A DNA stretch of 63,731 nucleotides, the filler included, from Ministeria vibrans ATCC 50519 (Eukaryota; Protista; Filasterea), in assembly GCA_943704425.1 (NCBI GenBank). It is 9 parts of 9 records of this genome, joined end to end, with 100 filler letters (N's around TTAATTAATTAA, not from the genome) between each part and the next. Parts side by side here need not be neighbours in the genome. Positions count along the whole stretch, not along the records: positions 20,437 to 45,970 come from CALSCP010001600.1; positions 46,071 to 50,768 come from CALSCP010002635.1; positions 50,869 to 54,754 come from CALSCP010002444.1; 6 more parts are not named here. One strand, 5' to 3'. Shown piece after piece: positions 38,870 to 52,023 of the stretch. The position numbers were made by a program, and so were the translations under genes. The notes beneath the pieces were generated by a model, which searched no databases, was not told the DNA's origin, and saw nothing but the letters and a program-made list of their open reading frames with translations. Each line of letters starts with the position of its first letter. Within the stretch, counting starts at the first letter, position 1.

Positions 38870-39787
38870 ATGAACTTTTCGGAGACGGTATGTGATGTGT
38901 CTTGGTCCGCCATCCACACGCATTCCTCACCGCCTGCGCCTCGTACAGTCTGTGAAACTCTGGCGTGCCGCTCTCAGCAAGTATCCCGCCACCCTCGCCC
39001 TCGTCCAAGAGTCCAAACCGCGAGCGAGAGTCAGACAACGCCACTTTCGCACGAAAACATTCTCATTTCCTTTCCCACAGAACAAACTCGTCGCTTTGGA
39101 CAAGTGGCGCGAGGACTTGACGGAGACCGTGACCAAACGAGGTCATGTGACACATGACGAACTCGTCAAGCTCATGGGCTGGAAAATGATGGTTAGAAAA
39201 GTGAAAGTATTGTGCCCAAGATTCATTGTTATATTCAAGCGCGGCAAATTTCGACCGCTGGCCAAACGAATCGCATCCAACGCACCCGACGTCGTGGAGA
39301 AAGTGACCGAGGACGCATTGAAGTGTGTTGCTGACGGCGCGAAGTGTATGCAGACGTTGACGGCGCTCAATGGCGTTGGTCCGGCCTCAGCGTCTGCCCT
39401 CATGAATGTCTTTGACAGTTCACGCTATGCGTTCATGGCGGACGAAAGGTACCGGTGTTTGGGTAGTCTGTTTGTCGGTTGGGTTGTCTGTCTTTGCCTT
39501 ACACAATCTCCTTCCCTCTACACTGCAGTGTCGTGCAGGTGCCCGGCCTAAGTCTCAAGTACGACGCCAAGGTGTACTTTGCGTACAACGAGGCCGTCGT
39601 GCGCAAAGCCACTGCGCTCTCTGCCGCCGACACAGACACTTGGACTCCGCACATGGTCGCACAGGCACTTTGGGCCGAACACGCTATTCCCCAAGCCCCT
39701 TCCTTAACCAAACGCCCTCGCACCGACTCAGACGAGTCGACTGAGACCAAAGCGACAAAGAAGCAAAAGAAGAAAGTCAAGACCTAA
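38870..39787 (+). CDS. Amun-like HhH (DNA glycosylase-fold) protein, multi-exon
   Basis: LVALDKW, HVTHDELVKLMGWKM.RGKFRP, LTALNGVGPASASA, AFMADE, WTPHMVAQALW. Confidence 0.75.
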
Positions 39788-39861
39788 TATATATATCTGT
39801 ACCATTTTTAATGTATTCTTTTACTTTATGTTACGCTCTCAAGTATGTACAGTCGTGAATT

Positions 39862-40734
39862 CTATTGGAATCGCTTGAACCGCTCCAGATCGCGCGCTCT
39901 CTTCTCCTCCCGGCGTTTGCGCGCCAGCTCAGCCAGTCGGAGGCGGTGCTGATCGTCCTCGGAGAGACCCTGGTCGGGGTCGGAAAGGGGCGGAGTCGCA
40001 CTGTCGGGTACGCAAGGGACGGATGAGTCGTTGTGAGTGCGTGCGTCCACCTGGCGCACGCGACGGCGGATCTCCTCGCAGACGGGCATGACGCCCTTCG
40101 CCTCCAGTCCGCTGATGGCAAACACGGGCGTGCCAGTGCGCGCACACTCGGCCCGCACCGCCGCCTCCGCCTCAGCCACCGCCTGCCCTCCCACGTCCAT
40201 CTTGTTCACCAGCACAATCCGCTCCAGTGCCCCCAGCTCTTCCCGATACAGCCTCAGCTCCCGCATCAGCATTTCCAGGTCCCCCACTGCCGCCCCTCCC
40301 CGTGTCCCATCCACAATGTACACCAGCATACGCGACCGCTCAATGTGCCGCAGAAACGAATGGCCCAGTCCTGCACAGATACACACACAGAGAGTCATAA
40401 TGTGAATCCAACAAAACGAAAGAGATAACAGTACCGATATTGGCGTGGGCTCCTTCAATGAGTCCAGGAATGTCGGCTACCACAATGCGCGATGCGTCGT
40501 CCTCAAATTCAACGACACCCACTGCAACAGCCCGTCTCAGTCCATGGGTCATTTCCTTTTCTCTTTATGTCTTACCGTGCGGCCGCAGTGTCGTAAAGGG
40601 ATAAGAGGCAATCTTCGGTCTTGCACGACTGATTGCACGCAAAAAAGTCGATTTTCCCGCATTGGGACACCCAATGAGACCTTTTTTTAGAATACGTTAG
40701 AGAGGTCGCTCAACCGCACAGACAGACTCACACA

Positions 40735-40765
<31 letters not shown>

Positions 40766-41807
40766 TCACTCACTCACCTGCATCCGCCAGTGTCTTCAGC
40801 TCCAACTGCAGCTTACGCTCCTCTCCGTGTGCCCCTGCCGAATACTGATTATTGAACTTCCTACGGGCCAACTCAGTCAGTCACTTCTCTCTCACTCACT
40901 TTTTTACTGTGTGTGTGTGTGTCTCTCTCTATCACTATTCTTTCGCTCTTTCGTTCTTTCGTTCTCTCTCTCTCCCTCCCTCCCTCATATTTCTCTCTTT
41001 CATCCTACATGGGCGACGAGGCGACGCCCAGCCCCCCTGCTCCCCCTTCGGCAACAACCACCTCATCCCCATCCGCCACCAAATCCCCCACCACCACCAT
41101 CTCCCCATCCGAATACTCCCCATCAAGACCTCCCACCCAAGAAGGCGCAAGCTCCGCCAACTTCTCAATGTCCCCGCGCTCCCTGGCGTCGTTCACGGCC
41201 GCACGGTATTCCTTCTCCGCCTGCAGTTGAATCTGCACCGCCTCCTTCTCCGCCGCGACGACCGATTCGTCCCCCGTCGCCTCTGCCACGCGTGCCGCCC
41301 GCCTCAGCCGCACCCGCGTGTGCACCCACATTTTGTTCCGTTCCTGCGTCGTCATTGCCGTCGCATGTTTCGTAATAAACGCGGCTTTCTATACAACAAC
41401 AAACACAGTGTTCAAAACAAGGAAGGAAGAAAGAAAAAAAAGAAGAAAAACAAAAACACTACATTGTACCTTTTCCGTTTCACGTTGCTCGTCATACACC
41501 TGATAGACCACAGTGCCAACAGGCACCCGCACCACCGCATCCTCGCCTGTCGCACCGTACATCCCATCGGCACCGCCTCCTCGTCCATTGCTCGCGCGCA
41601 CTTTGCGACCCGCCTCGCCCAACGATGTCGCCAGTCGATCCGCCTAACGTAGTGTTTGTTAATGTGGACGGCACTCTCTCCGCACGTACACGAATCACCA
41701 CGTTTCCACCACGTCCGCCATTTCCTCCACTGGGCGATCCAATGGGATTGCGCCGAGCTCGATCGGGTGCAAAAGCATCACTCCTTCCGAGAGACAAAGA
41801 CACAAGT

Positions 41808-41885
<78 letters not shown>

Positions 41886-43349
41886 NNNNNTGACGAGTGA
41901 TTGCGGGTCTCAAGGAGCGCAATTTATGGGACAACACGGTTGTCGCCCTCCACGGAGACCACGGGTGGAACTTGGTAATAACCAATGAGTACCCTATCCC
42001 TTATTAAATTCCAATCTCCCTCTCACTTTACTTACTGTCTCTCGTTCTTTCCTTAGGGTGAAGGAAACCTCTGGAAGAAAATGACCAATGGCGAACGAGG
42101 AGTGCGCGTTCCTCTACTCATTCGCATCCCATCTATTCACAACAAACGTAAACCTAAAACTCAAAATACGCCTATTTGACCCTTTTTTCTCTTAGAATTG
42201 AATGGAATGCGCACCGATTCTCTCGCTGAGTTAATTGATCTTTACCCGACTTTAGTAGAAGCAGCAAATTTACCACAAGTCAGAAAATTCTATTCACTTT
42301 CTTGCATTTAATTCTTTCTTACTCTCATTCTTTTTACTCTCTCAATCTCTCTCAAACTTTCTCTCAAACCCTCTCTCTCTCAAACTCTCTCAAGCTCTCT
42401 CTTTTGTTAACCCCCCCCCCTTATTTTGTCTTGTTTGTGTCGTTAGACCAGTGAGAATATTCAGGGAAAGAGTTTAGTTCCCATTCTGCGCAATCCGCTC
42501 GTTTCTGTGAAAAATGCATCTTTTTCGCAATTTGCAAAGAAGTAACGCGGTGGTAACCATATTTTTACATTTTAACAAATTGGGTGTTCCGTTTTATAGG
42601 ATTGTCAATCAAACATTTCACGATCCAATCACCAACAAAACTACTTACTATGAGAACAAGCCGTGGAATGTCTGTGAGCACTGCACAAGACAGGAAATTG
42701 ACGGTAAACCCTAACCGTAACCGTAGCCCTGGCCCTAATGACTACGGTAATGACTACTCTCATTCGTAGTTATGGGATTTACTATGCGAACGGATTCTTA
42801 TCGGTACACTGAGTGGTGTCAGTGGGATAAGGTCAATTTCACCCCGATTTGGGATAAATCCTTTGGCACTGAATTTGTAAGGCACACGACATGACACGAC
42901 TCGACAACAGTTTTACTGTCTTGTTTTGTTTTATGGTATAGTACGATCACCGAACAGACGCAGGAAATGACTTTGATGGATTTGAGAATGACAATTTAGT
43001 CGATGATCCACAGTTTAAAGTTATTGTTGCGCAAATGAGTGTTGCGTTGCGCAGACAATTTGACAATGATCACTAATAATAATTTTGCATTTTTGTCTTG
43101 GAACTGTGAATGAAGAACCTAATTATTAAAATTAATAATATTAATATTAATAATAATAATAATTATTATTAATTTATTATTATTATTATTAAGTATTATT
43201 ATTGTTGATTGGTTTAATAATTATAATAATAATAATTAATTATAACTAATTTTATTACTATGGCTTATTTTGTTTCTGTGTTCAAAATGCGCTTCTTTTT
43301 TTGCACTGTTTTCAAACATATTCACTCGACTTCTCCTTCAGCCAACGCA

Positions 43350-43385
<36 letters not shown>

Positions 43386-43915
43386 ACACACACACACACA
43401 CACACACACAAACGCACACACCCGCACAACACACTAACACACACACGCACAACACACTATTCACTGTCACACACAACACAAACAAGTTTACCCTTTGCCT
43501 CCCGTTCCACCGATGACCGTCATTTGACACCAGTCTACAAATTGAGACCCCTGGACACACAGGGCAAGGGGTGAATCGGCTGTGGACGACGAGAAACACG
43601 TCGCAACGCACTCACCTTGTGTGCCAAATAGGCCTTCTTGCGATCAGACAGGCTAAGGATGCGCACGGCTCGCCTGCGCTTGTCCGTCTCCGACCCCCCA
43701 GCTCCGCCTTCGTCGGGCCCGTCAAGGGCCGCAACCTCCGTGGCGTCCGCGTCAAACACTTCAGGAAGGTACTTGCGATTGTGCGCCTCCATCACCGCCA
43801 CCAGCTTTTCCTTGATCGTAATGCCGCGCCGCCGAATGGATCGGCTGTGCGACAATCGACATTGCTGAAGCCTTGGCCGTGTCCACGACACGAGAAGGCC
43901 CGAAAAGACGGACAT
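39862..43915 (-). CDS. MTG2: Obg-family GTPase (MTG2/GTPBP5-like), multi-exon, spanning the 5-N gap
   Basis: [17 protein letters not shown] (about 43490-43550) splices in frame to [16 protein letters not shown] (about 41788). Also [68 protein letters not shown]. Confidence 0.92.
41935..43076 (+). CDS. Sulfatase (iduronate-2-sulfatase-like), 3' half only
   Basis: HGDHGWNLG|[64 protein letters not shown]. Confidence 0.9.
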
Positions 43916-43970
43916 TTAAAATGAATGATCATGAATTCAGATTTCAGAATTCAATTATTTTTTTGCCTCC

Positions 43971-45046
43971 ATGCTTCGCACATTGATGAGAATAGACGGT
44001 TCGCTCGGAAGGCACGTAGCCAGGCCGTCGCGTGTGCTGCCCACGGCCCTGCGCGCCCTCTCCACGGCGCCCCCGGCCCCCGCTGAATCCCCAGCAGCGC
44101 TCCCCATTGAGCCTCTGCCCGAACCGCCCATCCACCCTGCGTCGCGCGTCCGCCATCTGCAGGGCTTGGAGCACGCGCCCTTCGCACGCTCGCCCCAGTC
44201 TCTATCGCCTGCCTCTCGCCCGTCCAAGAAGGCGCCGGCACCCTTCAAATACAAGACGCGGCGAGTGAAGCCTCTCCCGCTTGCCGTCCTCAAACCATGC
44301 CAGCCCTTCGCCCCCGCTCGCCAGCTGCACTACGCCGAGATACGTCGCATCTATCAGCTTCGCGAAAAGTTCAAGCGTCACATCATGAAAGGCGGCAATC
44401 TCGTAAGAACCGGGTGTGTGTGTGTGTGTGGTGTTGTGTTGTGTTGTGTGTTGTGTGAGTGAGCGAGTGAATGTCACCAAAAAAATACTCTTCCTCTCTC
44501 CCTCTTATTAGGAGACTGCCGATCGCATCATGCGTGACACGTTCAAACTGATGAAACAACGTGAGGTGATCAAGGCACGGGTCGAGCAGAGAGCGCCCAT
44601 TCCCGTCCTGGCTCAGTTTAGCGATGCATTTGAAAATGTGCGTCCCACTCTCTACACCGTCTCCGTAAAGTAAGATTGTGTGTGTTTTTGTATTATTATT
44701 ATTTGTATCTGTTCATCTCACTCGCTTTCATTCTTGTTTGTAGACGCGGCGGCCAACGGCTTCCTGTCCCTACGCCGCTTAAGGAGGGTCGCTCGCGCTT
44801 CATGGGCATGAAGTTCTTCATGGAGACTGTGCGCGCCCAACGCGGTAAGACCTCTGTCTCGCCGCCACGAGAGAATAAGAGAGGGCGCTGACAAAGCACT
44901 TGGTTGTCTGCCTAGGGAGCACTGCACACGAGAAGCTTGCACGTGAGTTTGTGCTGGCAACGCGCTTTGAGGGCAAATCGGTCGCCAAGAAAGACACCCT
45001 CCATCGCACCGTCGTCGGCAACCGCACCAACATTGGACTGCGCTAA
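43971..45046 (+). CDS. MRPS7: Mitochondrial ribosomal protein uS7m, 4 exons
   Basis: Presequence-like N-terminus, KFKRHIMKGG..ADRIMRDTF, AFENVRP, RRGGQRLPVPTPL, EKLAREF..SVAKKDTLHR..NR. Confidence 0.85.
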
Positions 45047-45135
45047 CGCGTTCATCAATAAAACTAACAATAACCCTTCCTATACTACTATTATACTTTT
45101 TTTTGTTGGAGACATGATCAGGAATACGAGGTACA

Positions 45136-45918
45136 TTATTCCTTCATGAGTGGGAGAGACATGGGCTCATTATCTGAGCGGCGCGTGGGCCACCCCTCGT
45201 CGCCGCGTGCCTTCTCCACCGTCTCCTTGATGGCCTTCAGGACCCCCTTCTTCTTTTTTAGTGCTTTTCGGCCATTGTTGCACACGCGTACGATGTCGAC
45301 AAGTTTGCACTTGTCAAATTCGCACTCGGTGAAGAGGTACTTGCGTAGCGGAGCACCCGTCTTCCCGGTTGCCACGAGGTGGTCGCGTACTTGCAGGACA
45401 AGTCCCTTGTTCTCCGGGTCTTGTTTATCCCATCCTTTGGAAAAGTCGCATGCACGATGGTGGTCGGTGATCTCAAAGACCAGAGGTGCGCACGGTCCCA
45501 GTCCAAAAACTTGGCGTGCCTCGTTGTCCTCCAGGTGTGCATCAAGATGCACTTTTGCCAAAGCCGTCACGGGAGTGCACTCTTCGAGCAACTCCTTCAG
45601 TTGGCTCAGATAGGCGTTTCGCGCCGCCATAATGTCCGCTTGCTGCTGTCCCTGAACGGATCTTAGATCGGCAATCTGTTTAAGGCTCTGCTGACGTCGC
45701 GGTCGGCCTCGCATCCGCTTGGGCTGCGGTGGGGCTGTGGATGCGTCGTCGTCGCTGTTGCTGTGGCTGCTGCTGCTGTTGTTGTTGTTGTTGTCATCGT
45801 CGTCTGACTCGTCTCGTGGACGCTTCCGTGAAATCTCTTCCATGACGTCGTCCAAGTTGCAAAGCACTTCTTTGACGTCTTCGTGAGTAAACTCGGGGAC
45901 TAAGCAACGGCTCACATG
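45136..45918 (-). CDS. Hypothetical intronless protein with NLS-like basic patches
   Basis: About 260-codon ORF with SRKRPR, PKRMRGRPRR and KKKK. No family recognised. Confidence 0.5.
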   Translation of the reverse strand, partial: HVSRCLVPEFTHEDVKEVLCNLDDVMEEISRKRPRDESDDDDNNNNNSSSSHSNSDDDASTAPPQPKRMRGRPRRQQSLKQIADLRSVQGQQQADIMAARNAYLSQLKELLEECTPVTALAKVHLDAHLEDNEARQVFGLGPCAPLVFEITDHHRACDFSKGWDKQDPENKGLVLQVRDHLVATGKTGAPLRKYLFTECEFDKCKLVDIVRVCNNGRKALKKKKGVLKAIKETVEKARGDEGWPTRRSDNEPMSLPLMKE

Positions 45919-45939
45919 AGCAACAGCGTTTTTTTTTTC

Positions 45940-45970
<31 letters not shown>

Positions 45971-46070
45971 NNNNNNNNNNNNNNNNNNNNNNNNNNNNNN
46001 NNNNNNNNNNNNNNTTAATTAATTAANNNNNNNNNNNNNNNNNNNNNNNNNNNNNNNNNNNNNNNNNNNN

Positions 46071-46113
<43 letters not shown>

Positions 46114-46277
46114 AGAGTTAGAGACAGAAAGGAAGGAGAAAGAAACAAAGTAATGGAGAGAGAGAAAAGCGGGAGAAAGAAACAAATTGATAGAGAGAGA
46201 AAGGAGGGAGAACGAAACAAAGTGATAGAGAGAAAGGAACAAAGTGATACTGGAAGTGCTAACGTTGTATTCATAGC

Positions 46278-49200
46278 ACCGCAAAGCGAAGACGCGCAGT
46301 CTGTATGTGCCTAAAGCACTTGTATTGCTGTCGGGTCAGGCGACTGTGTCTGCCATGAAAAACTTTCTGCTACACTTCTACACGCGTCAACTGTCGCACG
46401 GCGATGCAGGCGACTATCTTGCTCATCTCATGTTCGAAGTGCCCGTACCGCTTCCCGGCACCACCGTTGTTTTTGCCTGTGGCGACAACTCCATTCGCTT
46501 CACCTGTCCCCTTGATCTGCCCTTGCTTGGTGTACACCTTGGCATTCTCTTTGAGCTCTTGCCCGTTGAAGAGGTTGTGCGAGTCCTCAAGGTACATATA
46601 CTATGATTAATTTTGTTTGTTTGTGATTTTGACACAGACGATTTTACTCATTTATTTTCATGTAGGCATTGCTACTGGAACAACGCGTGATGGTGCTAGG
46701 CGACGACTGGGAACTGTTAACGACAGCGGTGGAGTCTGTGGCGGCACTATTGTATCCGTTGCACTGGTCGCATGTGTATGTGCCTCTGATGCCAAGGTGT
46801 CTCATGCACTGTCTCGAGGCGCCCGTGCCTTTTCTGGTGGGCGTCCACTTGGACCTGTTGAAGAGTTTTGATGACGTGGATGCGCTCAATGATGTGGTTG
46901 TGGTAAACCTGCTGACTGGCATGGTGGATGGTGGAGAGTCACTGCCGGAGCTGGTGGGTCAAGCACGGCTTATTGCCAAGATGAATCAGACCATCGCGGA
47001 GCAGCAGCCCGAGCCGTGGGAAGGCACTTTTCCCGAGACGGCACTGCGTCTCACTGTTGCCGAGCACCTTGCTCTTGCATTGCTCGACGGCTACGCCTCC
47101 TTCTTGCAGCTGCCCTCTTTTGACGGAGATCTTGCGACGCCCACAGACGTGCGTGCCTGGCTTGATCTCGTCACGCACCCCAACGCAGACATGCTCGACA
47201 TTCACGGTCTTGTGTGCGAGTCACCTGCCTCCTCTGCCAAATTCCTTCACATTTTCTACGAGTCCCAAATGTTTGCTTACTTCCTTGATCATGCCACGTC
47301 TTCACAGCTTGCCTTTGTCAAAGATACCCTGGCCATGTACGCTCTGACGCAGCGCGATCTTGACATTCCCGACAGCCAGTCCGCCACGGCTGATACTCCC
47401 ACCACTACTGCCTCTCTTGCATCGCCATCCACTCCAAGAGGACTACAGTCGCAGTCACAGACACCGTCGCAAGTGGGCTCACCGTCGCCATCCGAAACAC
47501 AGTCGACGCTCGCATCTCCGCGGTCTCCGCCCTCTGCTATGCGCAGTGTCATCAAGCGCCCCGAATCCTACCGAGTCGACAATTCGTATGGCAAGAAGAC
47601 GAGCGCCCACCGCATCCCACGCACACCCGTACCCGCACAGCCCGTCACGGCTCTCCTGCCCCCCAAGACTCTCAGCCCGGCACTTCATCTTCCCGTCACG
47701 CACAGTCCCAACGCTTTTCCCGGCCGTCCAGTCCCCCACAAAAACAGCAGATTGAGTCGCGCGCGACGAGTTGCCTCATTTTTCCACGATGCTCTTTCAC
47801 CCAAGAGTCACTTGGCTCTCCCCACAGCGCCCCGCGAATTGCGTGAGCGACGGCGCTCACTCATGGTCCCCGCCACCGCCTCCACCTCTACCGTCACTGT
47901 GACGTCACCGACGGGCACAACTGGAGGGTCACACTCCATCACAAGCGCCACACAATCGGTGGGCCAGGACGACGATGGGGCTGGTCTCATTGAGGCGCTG
48001 CAGCAGAATCGGTCTGTCTCCGAGCTTGAGCCACTCGAGGGAGTGTTTCCCATGCCATCGCTGCCGGCACGCCCACCCACTGTGGCGGCTCCTCGTGCTC
48101 GCGTTCGCCGCAGCTTGGCGGACCTCAGCGATGGTATGTTGCTCAACTCGAGTATGGTACCGTCGCGCGGTGAGGCAGCTGTGCACCCCGTGCGACCCGC
48201 CTCGACGGAGATTGTCGACTTGTCCAGTTCACTCTTGGACGATGTGGGTCGCGTGTCGCGGCGACTTTACTCGCTCAGTGTCTCGAAAAATGCCACGCGA
48301 GCCTCGACACATGGCAGCGGCACGGGAGAAGGAGCACACGGCGACGAAGATGTACTCATTACGCAGCTGTGTGATCTGCTTGACCGTCTCTGTGCAGTGG
48401 GCGTTGCTGCGCCAGTCAGTGCACGTGCGCAGGATCTCCATGCAGCCGCACTCTCACTGACAGGTCCTCACGTTGCCAATGTTATGTTGCAGCACTACGA
48501 GCGCACCGAATCGCACCTGTGGACCTTTGTGCTAACTGCGGCGCGACGGCACGACACACTTGCCGGCGCGTTTGCCGATGCGCGTCTCGTTGCAAGCATT
48601 CTCAACCTGAAGACGGGGCGTGCACGCGGACGTGCTTTTTTGCGTCTTGCCATCGAACGACAGGCCTTGGGCGCGTACTTTCGCCAGCTTCTTGCTGACC
48701 GTGAACTTGTCGAGGGGTTCTTTTCGCGCTCGTCTATTTTGCGCCAGCGCGAGCGACTCGACCGACTTTTTGTGGCGCTAGACTCGCTCACAGAGACCCG
48801 CATCGATTGTTTTAGCGACAAGAGCTACGTAGTGCAAGGTGGGCATCAACAACGTGGTCGTCAACAGTCCAGTGTGTACGTGGCACACGTGTTTACGGGC
48901 GATGTGTTCCGAGCGGGTACGCAAGAGCCTGTGCGCGTGCGTCTCCATGGCGACACTGCCTCGTCCGACTGGCTTGAACTCGAGCCTCATATGGCTGTTG
49001 GGGAAAGCAGTGGTGGGGATCTTTCGGGCATGGGTGGTGGTGGTGGTGGTGGTGGTGGCGGCGGCGTGAGCTTCTCACGTGGCCGATGTCTGAGCTTTGC
49101 CTTGCCGTGTGCTCACCTGGGTCCACTCTTCGGGGTATCCGTAGACCATGACACCGTACGCTCCAGCTCGATCCCGACAACACCCTCGTCGTCATCGCTG

Positions 49201-50513
49201 TCACTCAACAGTACTCTGTCTGCCTCGACCGGTACCGTTCCCACCGCGCTACCCAGTAGTGCGTTGAGTGCATCTGGCAAGGGGAATGGCGCTGCACGTA
49301 CATTGCCCCCTTCAACACCGCTGTCCTCGTTTCTTTCACCCACGCTCTCCGCGTCGTCGGCGCTGTCGGCTGCGGCGGGGTTGGCCATTACAACTGCGAT
49401 TAGTGGGCAGGGGTGGATGCTTGAGAAGATTGTGGTAGAACACACGGTCACCGAACGACTCTATGTGTTCCCACACAACCAGTGGGTGGCGACGGGTGAA
49501 GAGTGCACACTTGAATGTAGTCAGCGCACCTTTGACCGACTGGTTCTCACTCCAGGAGCAGCAGTATCTCGCCAACGCGAACAGTTACGTCGCTACCGCA
49601 GCGACGACTCGTCGCGTCTCACCCTCTCCCGTCTCATGCCCATTGGGCTGTTTCGTCGACGCAGCGATCCAACGGAGGCTGCGAATGCAGCACAGACAAG
49701 CACAGCAACATTGACGCCGACAAGCGGGACAACAGCGACTGGTGCGAGAGGTGGTGCGAGTGTGGACTCGCACAAGGTGGGCGGAGCTGGAGGCACTGCT
49801 GCGACGGGCGGTGAGCAGGGGCGCATGGAAAGTGTGGTGGAGGAGACGGACGACGGCGGATCGCAGACAGTACAATTCCTTGAGTCGACTGTGCGTGGGA
49901 TTGAGAAGCATCTTCAGAAGCAATCACCAAGTGGCGGCACTGCTAGCGGGTCGCGACGGCCGGCCAAGAGCCGCGGTCTCGGCGACGATTTAGGGCTTCT
50001 TGTGAGCACAGGGTTGTGTGCGGCGCTTGAGCTTGTGCTGAGCGACGGATTCAAAGGGGTTGGGGGTGGTGCACCGTCGTTTGGACGCAAACGACCGCGC
50101 ATGCACGTGTGGACACTGCTAGAGCAGGTCGCTGCCGACAAGGGCCCTGCCGAGCTTGTGTGCCAGCTGGTGTTGGACATGGCGAGCGATGCGCGCACAT
50201 CCGATGAGAAGTTGCAAGCGCTCTTCATTAATTTGCTCAAGTACGCCCAAAAAGAGGGGAGAGAGAGAGAAAGGAGAGAGAAACAAAAGGATAGAGGGAG
50301 AAACACAGTGATAGAGAGAAAGATGTATGTTAATCTCTTCTTTTTAGTCGTGGGGTTGAGCAACTGATTGAGGCAATGACAGTGATTGCGGGTGCGCGAG
50401 TGGTGGCGCGAGCGTACAAGAAGACGGCGTTGCTGCGACAGGCGAAGGTCCTGGGGCGTGTCACGAGTGTGCTGCAGTCCCTTGATGCTTTTTCCTTTGA
50501 CATCAAACTCTAG
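46278..50513 (+). CDS. DENND5: DENN-dDENN-RUN-PLAT-RUN protein (DENND5/Rab6IP1-like), 5' truncated
   Basis: DENN LLLEQRV..ALLYPLHWSHVYVP..LEAPVPFLVG, dDENN FYESQMFAYF, RUN KTGRARGRAFLRLAIE, PLAT HVFTGD..AGT..VRLHGD/GWMLEKIVV..FPHNQW, second RUN GLCAALELVLSDGFK. Confidence 0.9.
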
Positions 50514-52023
50514 TCCCGTCTGTCTAGTAGTTTCTCATGTGTTATGTTACTGTATCATGTCAAACATAATAATTCACATAAATTATTAAGCATACTAATC
50601 AAAATTTACGAATAGACCATCAAACGTATAATTATTAGGTATCAATTAACAATATGGGTTCATTGGTCAGATTGCAGAAAAATTCAAGAAAAGAACGAAA
50701 AAGGAAGAAACAAATGAGAAAGAGAGAAAGTGATAGAGAGAGAAACAAAGTGATAGAGAGAGAAACAANNNNNNNNNNNNNNNNNNNNNNNNNNNNNNNN
50801 NNNNNNNNNNNNTTAATTAATTAANNNNNNNNNNNNNNNNNNNNNNNNNNNNNNNNNNNNNNNNNNNNTGGACTTGCCGCCGCCGACCACCGATCCGATT
50901 GCCTCAACCACGACTTCGACTTTACACTCCTTGCCGACAGACACCTTCATGGTGTCAGAGCCCTAAGCCTCCTCTGGGGGTATGGCGTACCATTGCGATT
51001 GCCTCACTGGATAGCGTCGACACAGCACTATGACCTGCCACTGTTCTCCCATGTTACCTCTAGAGTTTCGGTCGAGTTTGCAAGGCGGTCTGGCTGTGTC
51101 TTCGCGTGGTGACTGTATCATTAATAAATGGGTTGTATTCTTCTTCTTCTTCTTCTAATAATTTAATAGCGCTTAGCCCGGTTAGCCGCCCAGTTTTGCA
51201 CACACTTTGTTTGTTTTTGGACCCCCTACTCGTTCACCTGTCTTTCATTGGACGGTGGGCAACCAAGCGATCGCTCCGGCGGTCAGAGTCTTATGGTGCC
51301 TCTCGGCGCTATGACGTATCCTTCGGTCCTCAACTTGCGGGTTTGCGCTCAGCTGGTCGTTTCTGCTACTCGGCCGCCGCATGGGTTTTTGCTGGTCAAG
51401 TTTCCGAGACTTCCTGTCTGCCGCTTTTTTCTGCTTGTATTTTAAGTTTGGATGTATTCTTCTTCTAATACTTTTTTCTCTTCATTTATTTTCTAATTTA
51501 ATCTATGGCGGAAGCACTGTATTATTCTTGGCCTGTTTGTGTATTGTGTTTGTACTTTTCCTGGCCTTTGAATAAACTTTTTTCTCTTCATTTATTTTCT
51601 AATTTAATAAATTTATTGAATTTCTTTCAACTTGTCTCTACTTTTCAGGATATAGAAACTATGTGCGCGTGCAACCCTACCCACTTTGCGTGCCCCTGCG
51701 GACTGAGCAAATTTACTCAAGCTGATGGCGGCCCGTGTGCGGCTCACAATTGGAATGGGTCTCGTATCGATCCTGGCTGGTGCCAGCATTGCCGCTCTCC
51801 GCTGCGTCGCATCTGATAGTCGAGGGCTCAAAGCGTGGTCAAAGGAACTGCAAAAACAAAATGAAAGAAAGAAAGTTCTCGAAAAAAAATACTTCTATCC
51901 CCTTTTTTTTATGCTCATTGACGCCTCCTGCTTCTACGCCCAGCGTTAAAGCATTTGGAGTGTGCTCTCCATCGAGTGTAGACGGCACGGCATTGAGTTT
52001 TTGTCTTGGTTTGGGAATTGTAG

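Noticed and set aside
42705-42760. Telomere-like CCCTAA hexamers (also about 1895 and 10960-10995)
   Set aside because: Only 2-4 degenerate units inside introns or coding sequence, compatible with branch-point motifs or chance. Not a chromosome end.
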